DNA of 64,000 nucleotides from an uncultured Chloroflexia bacterium (GCA_963748625.1 CAVVJT010000004.1:32001-96000), one strand, 5' to 3'; counted from the first letter of the stretch, positions 38,544-49,316 are shown. The notes: generated by a model from the letters alone, not told the origin. Made by a program: numbers and translations.

Positions 38544-40265
38544 TCAGGCCGGAGCGCCGGACCCGCGAGCGACCCGCCAGGCCTCCGCGCGGTCCAGCAG
38601 CTCCCGGGCGGAGGCGAGCGCGGCCTCACCGCCGCCGGCGCCCGCCAGCATCGCGGCGAGCTCGTGCTCCCGGTCGGGAGCCTCGAGCCGCACGATCTCC
38701 GTCACCGTCCGGCCATCACGTTCCCGCTTGGCGATGCGGAAGTGGGCGTCAGCGTAGGCGGCGATCTGCGGCAGGTGGGTGACGCACAGCACCTGGTGGC
38801 CGCGGGCCAGCGTCCACAGGCTTCGGCCAACGGGGTCGGCGCTGCGGCCGCCGATGCCCGTGTCGATCTCGTCGAACACGAGGACGGGCGTCTCGTCCAC
38901 CTCGGCCAGCACCTGCTTCACCGCGAGCGCGACGCGCGAGAGCTCGCCGCCCGACGCGATCCGCGCGAGCGGCCGTGCTGGCTCGCCCGGGTTCGGGCGG
39001 AAGGTGAACACCACGGTGTCGATGCCCGATGCGTCGAAGGCGACCGCGTCGCCATCGATCTCCACCGCCGGGTCGTCGCGTGCGGCGGGCCGGCGGCCCA
39101 TGGCAACGGCGAACGCATCGGCCGGGAACCCGAGATCCGCCAGGACCTCCGACACGGCCGTCCCCAGGACCAGCGCCGTTTCGTGACGGGCGATCGAGAG
39201 GGTTGCCGCAGCGTCCGCCACCGCGAGGAGCAGCCGGGCATCCTCCGTGGCGCGACGGGCCCGCTCGTCCTCGAGGCCGCGCAACCGGGTCGCCTCTGCG
39301 GCGGCCCTCTCGCCGTGGGCAAGGACTGCCGCCTCGTCATCGCCGTAGCGGCGGATGAGCCGGTGGATCTCGCCGAGCCGGTCCTCCAGCCGCGACAGGG
39401 TGGCCGGGTCGTGGTCCACGGTGTCCGCGAGCGTGCGAACCTCGGCGGCGACGTCCTCGATCTCGGCCTCGAGGCCGGCCAGGCGGTCCGCGAGCGGGGT
39501 CCAGCGCGCATCGAGCCGGGCGATCGACCGCAGGTCGTGCTCCGCGTGGGCGACCCGCTCACGGGCCCCGCGACCCTCCCCCAGCAACGTGTCGCGGATG
39601 GTCGCCGCACCCTGGGTGATCAATTCTCCATGCTGCGCCGCCGCGAGCTGGGCCTGGATCTCGTCCGCCTCGCCTGCCCGGAGCTGCGCCCCGTCGATCT
39701 CCGCGGCCTCGTGCGCGAGGATGTCGAGGCGCCGAAGCAGCTCACGTGGGTCCATCGTCAGGCCGGCAAGGGCGAGGCGGTTCGCGCGCCACCGCTCCAC
39801 TGCGTCGGCCACCGCGGCGCGCGCCTCCGCGTGCCCTCCGAAGGCGTCGAGGAGATCCCGCTGCCAGTCCTCGTTCAGGAGACGCTGCTGGTCGTGCTGA
39901 CCGTGGATCTCCACCAGCCCGGCAGTCGCCAGGGCCAGGCGCCCGGCCGTGACCGAGTCGTCGTCCAGGCGAGCCGTGGAGCGGCCGTTCGCGGCAACCT
40001 CGCGTACGGCGATCAGCGGCTCCGGGAAGCGGTCGAACAGGGCCTCCACCCGCGCGCCTTCCGCCCCGTGCCGCACCAGCGTGGAGTCTGCCCTCGCGCC
40101 CGTCGCGAGGCCGAGTGCGTCGATCAGGAGGCTCTTGCCCGCACCGGTCTCGCCGGTGAGCACGTTGAACCCGGCTGCGAGCGGCAGGCGCAGACGGTCG
40201 ATCAGCGCAAGGTCGCTGACCGAGAGCTCCAGGAGCCGCCCGGGGCGGTGGCCGTCGTCCGTCAT
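38544..40265 (-). CDS. recN: DNA repair protein RecN
   Basis: TGETGAGKS, IHGQH, ASGGELSR, FDEIDTG, VTHLPQIA motifs. Confidence 0.96.
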   Translation of the reverse strand: MTDDGHRPGRLLELSVSDLALIDRLRLPLAAGFNVLTGETGAGKSLLIDALGLATGARADSTLVRHGAEGARVEALFDRFPEPLIAVREVAANGRSTARLDDDSVTAGRLALATAGLVEIHGQHDQQRLLNEDWQRDLLDAFGGHAEARAAVADAVERWRANRLALAGLTMDPRELLRRLDILAHEAAEIDGAQLRAGEADEIQAQLAAAQHGELITQGAATIRDTLLGEGRGARERVAHAEHDLRSIARLDARWTPLADRLAGLEAEIEDVAAEVRTLADTVDHDPATLSRLEDRLGEIHRLIRRYGDDEAAVLAHGERAAAEATRLRGLEDERARRATEDARLLLAVADAAATLSIARHETALVLGTAVSEVLADLGFPADAFAVAMGRRPAARDDPAVEIDGDAVAFDASGIDTVVFTFRPNPGEPARPLARIASGGELSRVALAVKQVLAEVDETPVLVFDEIDTGIGGRSADPVGRSLWTLARGHQVLCVTHLPQIAAYADAHFRIAKRERDGRTVTEIVRLEAPDREHELAAMLAGAGGGEAALASARELLDRAEAWRVARGSGAPA

Positions 40266-40268
40266 CGG

Positions 40269-41111
40269 CTAGGACGGCAGCAGCGCGACCTTGGTCCGCA
40301 GGAGATCCCAGAAGGGCATCGCGCCCTCGGGCTCCACGAACCGGATCGGCCGCTCAAGGGCGCGCACCTCCACGATGTCGCCCACGGCGATCCGGTGGTC
40401 CTCGCGTCCATCGATCGAGACCAGCGCCTCGAGGGCATCGAGCACACGGCAGCGGACCACCTGGCTCGGTGACACCACCACCGCGCGCAGCGCGGACAGA
40501 TACGCGGCGATCGGTGCCACCACGATGTTGCGGCTCTGCGGATCAAGGATGGGGCCGCCCGCCGAGAACGCGTAGCCGGTGGAGCCGGTCGGGCTGGCCA
40601 CCACGAGCCCGTCCGCGACGAACGTGGCCAGGTGCGACTGGTCGATGGTGACGTCGAGGCGGACGACGCGTGCCAGCGCCCCACGGGCGATCACGATGTC
40701 ATTGAGCGCCGTGAAGTGCGTGGCGGCCGGCCGGCCCGCAGGCAGGATCGCGCCGGTCAGGCCCAGGCGTTCGCGCAGCTGGTACGCCCCGTCCGCAACC
40801 TTTTCCAGCACATGCTCGAGCTCGTGCGCCTCCGCCATCGAGAGGAAGCCCACCTTTCCCAGGTTGATACCCAGCAGCGGCACATCCACCTCGGTCACGG
40901 CCTGGGCGGCACGCAGGAACGTGCCGTCGCCGCCGAGCACCACGAGCGCGTCGGTGGAGGGCAGCTGCGCGACGAGCATCGCCGTATCGCCGGCAGGCGC
41001 GGCCCACTGCTCGATGCCGTGCATCCGGCACCAGCCCGCGGCTCGCTCACGCAGCTCGAGGGCGGCCTCGTTGGTGGGGTTGTAGGCGAAGCCGATGCGC
41101 CGGACCGTCAC
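40269..41111 (-). CDS. nadK: NAD kinase
   Basis: LGGDGTFL, GKVGFL, ALND, DGLVVASPTGSTGY, SAGGP motifs. Confidence 0.95.
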   Translation of the reverse strand: MTVRRIGFAYNPTNEAALELRERAAGWCRMHGIEQWAAPAGDTAMLVAQLPSTDALVVLGGDGTFLRAAQAVTEVDVPLLGINLGKVGFLSMAEAHELEHVLEKVADGAYQLRERLGLTGAILPAGRPAATHFTALNDIVIARGALARVVRLDVTIDQSHLATFVADGLVVASPTGSTGYAFSAGGPILDPQSRNIVVAPIAAYLSALRAVVVSPSQVVRCRVLDALEALVSIDGREDHRIAVGDIVEVRALERPIRFVEPEGAMPFWDLLRTKVALLPS

Positions 41112-41932
41112 GTGGCCTCCTTCCATGCGGCATCGACCGCACCGTCGATCTGCTCGTCCAGCTCAGCGCACGACGGCCCGGCCGCGAACCACGCCAGGAA
41201 CTCCCGGTTGCCCTCCGGGCCGAGGATGGGCGACGGGATGACGGCCCGCGTGCCGAGTCCCGCACCGCGCGCCCGCTGCGCAGTCTCACGCAGCACCCGC
41301 CGATGGACCTCCGGATCCCGGACGACGCCCCCCTTGGCATCGGCCCGGCCCGCCTCGAACTGCGGCTTCACGAGGGCGACGATCGACCCGGATCCGCCGC
41401 GCAGCGCGGATCGCACCGGTCCCAGCACCAGGCCCAGCGAGATGAAGGACACATCGATGACCGCGAGGTCCACGGGTTCCGGAAGCGTGTCGACGGCCAG
41501 CGTGCGCGCGTTGACGCGCTCCATGGACGTCACCCGCGCGTCGCGTCGCAGCTTCTCCGCCAGCTGGCCGTAGCCCACGTCCACCGCGTACACGTGCCGC
41601 GCACCCCTGGCCAGGAGCACCTCCGTGAAGCCGCCGGTGGAGGCGCCCACGTCCACGCAGGCAAGACCGTCCGGGTCGATACCGAAGGCATCGAGCGCCG
41701 CAAGGAGCTTGTGGGCGCCCCGGCTCACCCAGGCCCGCTCCTCGGCAACGGCGAGCACCGCGTCAGGCGCCACCATGTCACCGGCCTTGAGGTCACGCCG
41801 CGCCCCGTCGCCCTCGCCCACGCGCACCTTGCCCGCGAGAAGCAGGGCCTGGGCCCGTGAGCGCGTCCCGACCAGGCCGCGCTCCACGAGGAGCTGGTCA
41901 AGCCGGGTGCGCTTGGAGGTCGTCGGTGCCAT
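41108..41932 (-). CDS. tlyA: TlyA-family rRNA 2'-O-methyltransferase
   Basis: RLDQLL, VSRGAHKL, DVGASTGGFT, DVSFIS, LVKPQFEAG, GNREF motifs. Confidence 0.95.
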   Translation of the reverse strand: MAPTTSKRTRLDQLLVERGLVGTRSRAQALLLAGKVRVGEGDGARRDLKAGDMVAPDAVLAVAEERAWVSRGAHKLLAALDAFGIDPDGLACVDVGASTGGFTEVLLARGARHVYAVDVGYGQLAEKLRRDARVTSMERVNARTLAVDTLPEPVDLAVIDVSFISLGLVLGPVRSALRGGSGSIVALVKPQFEAGRADAKGGVVRDPEVHRRVLRETAQRARGAGLGTRAVIPSPILGPEGNREFLAWFAAGPSCAELDEQIDGAVDAAWKEAT

Positions 41933-41962
41933 ACCCCTATCGTGGCATACCCGGATCACCTG

Positions 41963-42508
41963 TCACACATCTGCACCACCCGCATCGCGGGGCACCGGGC
42001 CGTCGTCCAACCCCGCGGACAGCGTGTCCACGATCTCCCCAACCAGCCAGCCGAGGAAGTGGTACACGACCAGCGGCCAGGCGTCAGGGTCGTCGGGGTC
42101 GGGAGGGACCGGGACATCGTCGTCCCCGTCGATCACGCCCAGGCGCGCCGCGATCACGAGCCGCAGGTCGTTGGCCACGCCCAGCCAGGCCACCAGCTGC
42201 ATCTCGTCGAGCGTGTCCGCCTCAGCCGTCGCGCGGACGGTCGCCAGCTGCGCCCGGCGGCCGTCCTCGAGGTCCGGCCGGACCAGGGCCAGCAGCTCCG
42301 CATCGGCAACGGGGTCATCCGGACGCATCGACGGGTACAGCCGGGCGTACGCGGGATCGGCGGTGTCGACCCCATCGGCCGTTGCGGTGGCCAGCTCCTC
42401 GGCCAGCGCCGCGATCACCCGGCGCTCGGTGGAGCTGAGCTCGAGCCGGTAGCGGCCGCCGGCCACGCGCCGGACGGCGATGCGCCGCTCTTCCACCTCG
42501 CCGGTCAC
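41963..42508 (-). CDS. DUF2017-like protein
   Basis: [28 protein letters not shown]; translationally coupled to clpS. Confidence 0.7.
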   Translation of the reverse strand: MTGEVEERRIAVRRVAGGRYRLELSSTERRVIAALAEELATATADGVDTADPAYARLYPSMRPDDPVADAELLALVRPDLEDGRRAQLATVRATAEADTLDEMQLVAWLGVANDLRLVIAARLGVIDGDDDVPVPPDPDDPDAWPLVVYHFLGWLVGEIVDTLSAGLDDGPVPRDAGGADV

Positions 42509-42804
42509 TCCTCGGCGATGGTCGCCCACAGCCCGTGGGCATGCAGGCGGGTCGCGTCGTACTCGCACCGCTCGAGCGCCCCGCTCGCGACCACCGCCCG
42601 GCCCTCCTGGTGGACCTGGAGCATGAGCTTCTGCGCGTGGACGTGGCTGTAGCCGAAGAGCTTGCGGAACACGTAGGTCACGTACGTCATGAGGTTGACC
42701 GGGTCGTTCCAGACGATCACGACCCAGCGGCGGGCGAGCTTGGGCGCGTTGTCCGCGACCTCGTGGACAATCGTTGCGCCACCTGGTTGCGCCTGGCCTG
42801 CCAT
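42505..42804 (-). CDS. clpS: ATP-dependent Clp protease adaptor ClpS
   Basis: [33 protein letters not shown] motifs. Confidence 0.92.
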   Translation of the reverse strand: MAGQAQPGGATIVHEVADNAPKLARRWVVIVWNDPVNLMTYVTYVFRKLFGYSHVHAQKLMLQVHQEGRAVVASGALERCEYDATRLHAHGLWATIAEE

Positions 42805-42857
42805 CGCTGACGATCGTGCCACAGGACGGGCGGTGGCTGCGCCACCGAAGACGCAGC

Positions 42858-44975
42858 TCAGGAAGCGCGCGCCGGGGCCTCCACGCCGAGCAGGGCCAGT
42901 GCCTCGCGCACCTGGGCCGTCAGGCCGGGGACGTCGATCCGGATGAGCCGGCGGAGATCGGTGACGGATCCGTGATCCACGAACCGGTCACCCGGGATCC
43001 CGATGATCTTCACCGGCACGTCGCGGTAGGCCGGATCAGCCAGCCGGGCTTCCTCCATCGCCTCGAGGACGCCGCTACCGAAGCCTCCCGTGACCACGCT
43101 CTCCTCGAACGTGACCACCAGCCGCTTGCCACGCGCCTGGTCCAGGATCAGCTGCTTGTCGAGGGGCTTGGCGAAGCGGGCATTGATGATCCCGATCGAC
43201 CAGCCATCGGCCTCGAGGGCATCGGCGGCCTCGACGGCGCGCTGCACGATCGGCCCGAAGCCCACGAACAGGACGTCCCGGCCCTCGCGCAGGACCTCGC
43301 CCCGGCCGACCGGGAGCGCCTCCGGCTCACGTTCGGGCACCCCGAAGCCCGCGTCGCGCGGGTAGTGGATGGCGAAGGGATGGTCCTGGGCCAGGGCGGT
43401 CCGCAGCAGCGAGCGGACCTCCTGCTCGTCGCGCGGGCTCGCGATCACGAGGTTCGGCAGCATCCGCTGCGCCGGGATCGTGAACATGCCCTGGTGGCTG
43501 GTGCCGTCCTCGCCGACCAGGCCCGCCCGATCGACAGCGAGGATCACCGGCGCGTCGTTCTGGCAGACGTCGTGCACGGTCTGGTCGAATGCGCGCTGCA
43601 GGAACGTGGAGTAGAGGGCGACCACCGGCCGCATACCGGCCAGCGCAAGGCCGGTCGCCAGGGTCACGGCATGCTGCTCGGCGATGCCCACGTCGATGAA
43701 GCGGTCCGGGTACGCGGCCTGAAGCTTGTTCATGCCGGTGCCGGTGGGCATGCCCGCGGTGATGCCGACGATGCGCCGGTCATCCTTGGCCGCCCGGACA
43801 AGCTCCTCAGCGAGGTGCGCCGTGTAGTTGGGGTGCTTGCGGGTGTTCTGGGGGTCGATCTCTGACTTGGAGGCCGGGGCCGGCGGCGACTCCTCCGACG
43901 GGTGCAGCCCGTGCGAGCGGCGGTCGGCCATGACCGATGCCGACGGCGGCGCTCCCTCGTCCGCGCCACGCGATGGGACGAAGGACGCTCCACCGGCAGC
44001 CGAGGAGCCCATGCTGTCACCGTTGACCGCGCCGACGCGGTCATGGGTGTCGGTGGCGGGCACGGTCATCGGCGGCAGGGCGGCGCCGTGGAAGGAGATC
44101 TGGTCGGCCTCCGCCGGCTTGTAGCCCTTCCCCTTCTGGGTGCGGACGTGGACGATCACGGGACCGTCGAGCGCGAGCGCCCGGCGGAACGTCTCCTCCA
44201 GGAATGGACGGTCGTGGCCGGGCATGACACCGACGTACGTGATCCCCAGGTCCTCGAAGAGCTGACCCGGCTGGGCCAGCGAGGCGACGGACTGGCGGAA
44301 CCGGCGCGACATCTCCACGAGCCGCGGGCCCACCTTGGGGATGTGCTCCGTGGCGGTGTCGTACGCGCCGCGTCCCTGCTGCCAGGCCTGGGAGAGCTTG
44401 ATCTCGGAGAGGTACTTGGACAGCGCCCCAACCGACGGGCTGATCGACATCTCGTTGTCGTTGAGGACGATCAGCAGCTGGGTCTGGCGGTGGCCGATGT
44501 CGTTCATCGCCTCCAGCGAGAGCCCCGACAGGAGGGCTGCGTCCCCGACCACCACGGCGATCCGCTCCATGGTGTGGCGCATGTCACGTGCGGTTGCGAG
44601 ACCCTGGGCAATGGAGAGGCCGGTTCCCGCGTGGCCCCCGTCCATCACGTCGTGCGCGGACTCGCTCCTGCGCGGGAACCCTCCCAGGCCGTCGATCTGG
44701 CGCAGCGTGGGGAACCGCCCAAGGCGTCCCGTGAGCAGCTTGTGGGCGTACGCCTGGTGCCCGGTGTCCCACACGATCCTGTCGCGGGGCGACTCCAGCA
44801 CACGATGCAGAGCCATCGTCACCTCGACGACGCCAAGCGAGGAGCCGAGGTGTCCACCGGTCACCGCGACCGTACGGATGATCGTCTCGCGGATCTCCGC
44901 GGCCAGCTGGTCCAGCTCGGGATCGGTCAGACCACGCAGTTCGGCGGGATCCTGCAGATGGTCGAGGATCGGCAC
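42858..44975 (-). CDS. dxs: 1-deoxy-D-xylulose-5-phosphate synthase
   Basis: [49 protein letters not shown] motifs. Confidence 0.96.
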   Translation of the reverse strand: MPILDHLQDPAELRGLTDPELDQLAAEIRETIIRTVAVTGGHLGSSLGVVEVTMALHRVLESPRDRIVWDTGHQAYAHKLLTGRLGRFPTLRQIDGLGGFPRRSESAHDVMDGGHAGTGLSIAQGLATARDMRHTMERIAVVVGDAALLSGLSLEAMNDIGHRQTQLLIVLNDNEMSISPSVGALSKYLSEIKLSQAWQQGRGAYDTATEHIPKVGPRLVEMSRRFRQSVASLAQPGQLFEDLGITYVGVMPGHDRPFLEETFRRALALDGPVIVHVRTQKGKGYKPAEADQISFHGAALPPMTVPATDTHDRVGAVNGDSMGSSAAGGASFVPSRGADEGAPPSASVMADRRSHGLHPSEESPPAPASKSEIDPQNTRKHPNYTAHLAEELVRAAKDDRRIVGITAGMPTGTGMNKLQAAYPDRFIDVGIAEQHAVTLATGLALAGMRPVVALYSTFLQRAFDQTVHDVCQNDAPVILAVDRAGLVGEDGTSHQGMFTIPAQRMLPNLVIASPRDEQEVRSLLRTALAQDHPFAIHYPRDAGFGVPEREPEALPVGRGEVLREGRDVLFVGFGPIVQRAVEAADALEADGWSIGIINARFAKPLDKQLILDQARGKRLVVTFEESVVTGGFGSGVLEAMEEARLADPAYRDVPVKIIGIPGDRFVDHGSVTDLRRLIRIDVPGLTAQVREALALLGVEAPARAS

Positions 44976-45180
44976 GGGGCTCGGGCTCCTGTCGTTCGGC
45001 CGGGAGGCCCGTCAGCCGGACGGCTACTCCCCGCGGTGATGCTTCTCCCGATCCTTCGCTGGTGAGCCGCAGGCGGATCGGTCCGGCCACGGTGCCGGTG
45101 AAATGTGATAGCCGATCGTAGCAGGATGGACCCTGCTGACGCCGTGGCGCGACAGCCGCCGACGCCCTCAAGCGGCACCC

Positions 45181-45456
45181 CTACTCCGCCTCGGCCTCAT
45201 CTGCACGGACGTCCTTGACGGCCATCCCACCACCCGCGCGCGGCATCAGCTGCTGGACGCGGAGCTCCGCTTCGGCCAGGAGACGCTCACACCGGCGCTG
45301 GAGTGCGACGGCGCGCTCGTACAGCGCGATGGTGGCCTCCAGGCTCTCGCCACCGGTCTCGAGCCGGGCCACCGCCCGCCCGAGCTCGGCGAAGGCGTCG
45401 TCGTAGGCGAGTGCCTCCACGTCCGCGTTCGCGCCCGGCTCCGTCTGATCCGTCAC
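45181..45456 (-). CDS. xseB: Exodeoxyribonuclease VII small subunit
   Basis: YDDAFAEL..LETG..LE..LYER..C..L..AELRV pattern. Confidence 0.9.
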   Translation of the reverse strand: MTDQTEPGANADVEALAYDDAFAELGRAVARLETGGESLEATIALYERAVALQRRCERLLAEAELRVQQLMPRAGGGMAVKDVRADEAEAE

Positions 45457-45638
45457 GCCTGGTCATCCTCCGCTGGTCCTGCCACCGGCACCTCCGGGGT
45501 GGCGTCGGAGGGCTTCGGGCGCGCCGTCATACGCCGGTCGATCCGGCCCGCAACAAGGATACCCAGCACCAGCCCGACAGCCACGATCACGGCCACGAGT
45601 GACAGGAACAGGAACGCGTAACCGATCTTGTCAGCCAT
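45453..45638 (-). CDS. Small single-TM hypothetical protein (61 aa)
   Basis: MADKIGYAFLFLSLVAVIVAVGLVLGILVAGR; overlaps xseA stop and xseB start. Confidence 0.55.
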   Translation of the reverse strand: MADKIGYAFLFLSLVAVIVAVGLVLGILVAGRIDRRMTARPKPSDATPEVPVAGPAEDDQA

Positions 45639-47082
45639 GGAGCGGGCCATCGCTGGTTGCGGCGAGGGTGCCGCCAGCCAGCGCGATCCGCAGCGCCGTG
45701 CCCGCAGGCGCCTTGTCGGGCTCGCGCAGGATCGCGTCATCAACGCTCGAGCGCACGATCGCATAGCCCCGCTCGAGCGTCGCCGCAGGCCCAAGCGCGG
45801 CGAGCGACGCGGCGACCGTCTGGAGTCCACCGCGCTCTGCATCGAGGCGCGACGTGACAGCGACCGGCGCCCGACCACCCAGCCGGTCAAGGACCCGGGC
45901 GTCTCCGCCGAGCCGGTCGGCCACGGCCCGGGCGGCACGGTCAAGGAGGAGTCCGGCGCGCTCGCGCGATGCGGCCAGCTGGGACCTGGGCTCCAGCATG
46001 GTGAGGGCCCGGCGCTCGGCGTCGAGTTCACGCCGGAGGGTCTCCGTGCAGCGCCGGGTGGCGGCGTCGGCGCGCTGGCCGGCGACGCGGACGGCGGCCA
46101 GCACCTCGATCCGGTCCGGCACCACGAGCTCGGCGGCCGCGGACGGGGTGGGCGCGCGCACATCGGCGGCGAAGTCGGCAAGGGTCACGTCCACTTCGTG
46201 GCCCACACCGCAGACCACCGGCACGCGATGGGCCACGACCGCCCGCACCACCCGCTCGTCATTGAAGGACCAGAGGTCCTCCATCGACCCTCCGCCACGG
46301 GCGAGGATCGTGACCGCGGGCGCATCGGCCGCGCGGCCGGCGGCGTGCTCCTCGTCGATCCAGCGGCCGAGCGCGTCAAGCGCCCTGGCGATGGACCCCG
46401 GAGCACCCTCGCCCTGGACCTTGCACGCGACGAGCACCACGCGCGCCAGTGGCCAGCGCCGCGCCAGGACCGTGACGACGTCGTGCCAGACCGCCCCCGT
46501 GGGCGAGGTGACCACCGCGATCACGCGCGGCCTGACCGGCAGCGGGCGCTTGCGGGCCGTGTCGAACAGGCCCTCGGCCGCTAGGCGGGCCTTGAGCTCC
46601 TCGAAGCGCACGGCCAGGTTCCCCACGCCGGAAGGCTGGAGCGACGTCACGTAGACCTGGAGGGCGCCCTGCGGCTCGAAGAGGTCGATGCGCCCGTTGA
46701 CGACCACCTGGTGGCCTGCGGTCGGCTGGAAGGGCGAGCGGATGCGGTCGTCGCGGAACCACACGCACTGGAGCGCGGCGCGCGCGTCCTTGAGCGTGAA
46801 GTACGCATGGCCCGCGGTGGAGACCGTCACCCGCCCCACCTCGCCCTCAACCCAGAGGTCACGCAGGCCCTCGTCCGAGCGGACGCGGTCCTTGATGGCC
46901 TTGCTGACCTCGGACACGCTGCGCACACGCAGGCCGAACGTGCCCGCGGGCCCAGGTGCGGGCGTGGACGCGGACGCAGACGCGGACGCGGACGGACCAC
47001 GGACGGGGACCTCGTCGGGATCGTCGGGCAGGCTGTCCCACGCCGGAAGGAGCCAGTCCGGCGGCTCGGGCAGCGGACTCAT
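45631..47082 (-). CDS. xseA: Exodeoxyribonuclease VII large subunit
   Basis: GHAYFTLKD, TSPTGA, RGGGSMEDLWSFN, GVGHEVD, PTPSAAAE, LERGYAIV motifs. Confidence 0.95.
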   Translation of the reverse strand: MSPLPEPPDWLLPAWDSLPDDPDEVPVRGPSASASASASTPAPGPAGTFGLRVRSVSEVSKAIKDRVRSDEGLRDLWVEGEVGRVTVSTAGHAYFTLKDARAALQCVWFRDDRIRSPFQPTAGHQVVVNGRIDLFEPQGALQVYVTSLQPSGVGNLAVRFEELKARLAAEGLFDTARKRPLPVRPRVIAVVTSPTGAVWHDVVTVLARRWPLARVVLVACKVQGEGAPGSIARALDALGRWIDEEHAAGRAADAPAVTILARGGGSMEDLWSFNDERVVRAVVAHRVPVVCGVGHEVDVTLADFAADVRAPTPSAAAELVVPDRIEVLAAVRVAGQRADAATRRCTETLRRELDAERRALTMLEPRSQLAASRERAGLLLDRAARAVADRLGGDARVLDRLGGRAPVAVTSRLDAERGGLQTVAASLAALGPAATLERGYAIVRSSVDDAILREPDKAPAGTALRIALAGGTLAATSDGPLHG

Positions 47083-47118
47083 GCTCGCAGCCGGCCGCCG
47101 GGCGTCACGCAGGCGGCC

Positions 47119-47676
47119 TCAGAGCCGGGTCTGGTACTCGCCGGTCCGGGTGTCGATCCGCAGCGTGTCGCCCTCGTTGACGAACAGCGGCACCGTCACG
47201 ACCAGGCCGGTCTCCAGCGTGGCGTTCTTGCGGGCGCCCTGGGCCGTGTCGCCCGCAAAGCCGGGCTCGGCCTCGACGACCAGCAGATCAACGGTCACCG
47301 GCAGCTCCACGCCGAGCGTCTCGCCCTGGTAGGTGGTCCGGTCGAGCGTCATGCCCTCCTTGAGGAAGCCGATGACGTCGTCGAGCTTCTCGGCCGGGAG
47401 GCTGAACTGCTCGTAGGACTCGGTCTCCATGAAGTGGAGGTCGTCGCCGTCCCGGTACAGGAACTGCACGGGGCGCCGCTCCAGGTTGGCGCGCGGCCAG
47501 CGTTCACCGGCCTGGAAGGACTTCTCGACCGTGGAGCCCTTCTTGACATTCTTGAGCTTGATGCGGACCTGGGCGGATCCGCGGCCCATCTTGATGTGGT
47601 GGTAGTCGAGGATCTGCCAGATGTCGCCATCGAGCTCGATGACGACGCCTTTGCGCAGCTCGCCGGTGCTGATCAT
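47119..47676 (-). CDS. efp: Elongation factor P
   Basis: HIKMGRGSAQVR, FLYRDGD, GDTA, VPLFV, DTRTGEY motifs. Confidence 0.96.
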   Translation of the reverse strand: MISTGELRKGVVIELDGDIWQILDYHHIKMGRGSAQVRIKLKNVKKGSTVEKSFQAGERWPRANLERRPVQFLYRDGDDLHFMETESYEQFSLPAEKLDDVIGFLKEGMTLDRTTYQGETLGVELPVTVDLLVVEAEPGFAGDTAQGARKNATLETGLVVTVPLFVNEGDTLRIDTRTGEYQTRL

Positions 47677-47815
47677 GCGGTGGTTGCTCCGGTGGCGCGT
47701 CGGCGCGATCGGGAGGCGCTCTGGGCTCCCTGCGCTCGGACGGTGTGGGTGTTCCGGGCGATGCTACCAGAGGCGGTCTGCGACACCCCGTGCCCAGTCC
47801 CTGGATCCGACCTGA

Positions 47816-48931
47816 TCAGTCCATCAGCTCCCGGCGCGACCAGCCATCGCCCCGGTTGTTGGAGTAGTAGATGCCGGGATCCCCGGCCATGCGCATGTAG
47901 GCGAGGTGGACGACGCCCGACGGACCCATCCCGGTGCTCGGATACATCGCCCATTCGCGCACGATCGTGCTCCGCGTCCACGTGCCGGACGCGTTGGTGG
48001 CCATGTAGATGCCCCGCCGGTCGTCGTCGTCGACGCGCGTGTAGACGATCCAGATCGCGCCTGTCCTCGAGCGCTCGATGTTGCCCCAGCGACCCTCCGG
48101 GGCCACCCGCCGCGTGACCCACGAGCCCGAGGAGTTCGTCACGTAGAAGGTGCCGAGCGGGAGATCGGGCTGGGCCTGGGAGTTGTACTCGCGTCCGAAG
48201 GCGACGTGGACCTTGCCCGCCGGGTCGACGACCAGCCCCATGGCGTGGTCCTCCGAGTCCGTCGAGATCAACTCCGTCACCCATGTGCCGGAGGCGTTGG
48301 TCTGGTACTGGATCCCCGCCTTGTCGCACACACCCGGCACCGTCTCGTGGCACTCCTCGAACAGGAGGTGGACCGAGCCGCCGGGCCCAAGGGCGATCTC
48401 GGCGTGGTTGCCCAGGCCGGTGTCGAGGCGCCGCCGTACCCACGTGCCGCTCTCGTTCGTCGCGTACCAGCTCTTCTCGTCCGTGTCCCACGCGATGTGG
48501 AGATTGCGATCGCCGTCCACGACGACCCGGATCTTGTAGGCATCGTCATGGACAACCGGCAGCTTCGTGCGGACCCATTCGCCGGACCGGTTCGTCAGGA
48601 GGTGGTGATTGACATCGTCCCCCACCTCTCGCTCGAACACGATGTAGACCTTCTGGTTGGCGTCGACTGCGATGGCGTGCGGGGTGTCCTTCGACGTCGT
48701 GAGGCGGCGGCGTGTCCACGTCTCGGTCTTGTTGGTGGCGTACACGATGCCGGGCGACCCGGCGTGCCGGTACACGACGTGGGTCTCGTTGAGCCTGTCG
48801 GTGACCAGGTAGGGCTGGATCGGATCGCACGCGCAGGTGTCGGCCGCAGCGGGCACAGGCACGGCGAGCGCCCCGAGGAGCAGCGCTGCCAGGAGCGCGA
48901 GCAGGCGGACTGGTGAGCGACCCCTGGTCAC
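47816..48931 (-). CDS. Secreted beta-propeller repeat protein
   Basis: GGAGG RBS, signal peptide, about 7 repeats of D..G..H......Y.TN.SG.W. Confidence 0.75.
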   Translation of the reverse strand: MTRGRSPVRLLALLAALLLGALAVPVPAAADTCACDPIQPYLVTDRLNETHVVYRHAGSPGIVYATNKTETWTRRRLTTSKDTPHAIAVDANQKVYIVFEREVGDDVNHHLLTNRSGEWVRTKLPVVHDDAYKIRVVVDGDRNLHIAWDTDEKSWYATNESGTWVRRRLDTGLGNHAEIALGPGGSVHLLFEECHETVPGVCDKAGIQYQTNASGTWVTELISTDSEDHAMGLVVDPAGKVHVAFGREYNSQAQPDLPLGTFYVTNSSGSWVTRRVAPEGRWGNIERSRTGAIWIVYTRVDDDDRRGIYMATNASGTWTRSTIVREWAMYPSTGMGPSGVVHLAYMRMAGDPGIYYSNNRGDGWSRRELMD

Positions 48932-48995
48932 GGGCGACCTCCACACATGCTGGACGCGGTTGGAGCCTACCATGCGGGCTGCACCGGTCCGGGCG

Positions 48996-49235
48996 TCAGT
49001 CCGTGGCCTCGTCGATGGAGCGCATCCGGACCTGGTACTCGGCGGGGCTGATCTCGCCCGCGGCCATCCGGCGGCCCAGCTCCGCCCGCGCAACCTCCTC
49101 CGGCGAGGGCCGCGAACGCCGGATCGCCCAGACGATGACACCGACGATCAGCACCGTGGTGCCGACGGTCACGGCGAGCGAGCCGACCACGCTCAGGATG
49201 GTGATCCAGAAGACCCAGTCGAGATTGACGTCCAC
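48996..49235 (-). CDS. Small membrane protein with SHOCT domain
   Basis: TM segment plus ELGRRMAAGEISPAEY. Confidence 0.7.
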   Translation of the reverse strand: MDVNLDWVFWITILSVVGSLAVTVGTTVLIVGVIVWAIRRSRPSPEEVARAELGRRMAAGEISPAEYQVRMRSIDEATD

Positions 49236-49316
49236 GGATGGGACGATAGCGGTCACGTCAAGGCCGTGGCGGAGACGGGCCACCTTCGGTCACGGGGTTC
49301 CGGTCAGGGCGTCCGG

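Noticed and set aside
44976-45140. TPP riboswitch upstream of dxs
   Set aside because: Lacks the CUGAGA and ACCUGA consensus elements
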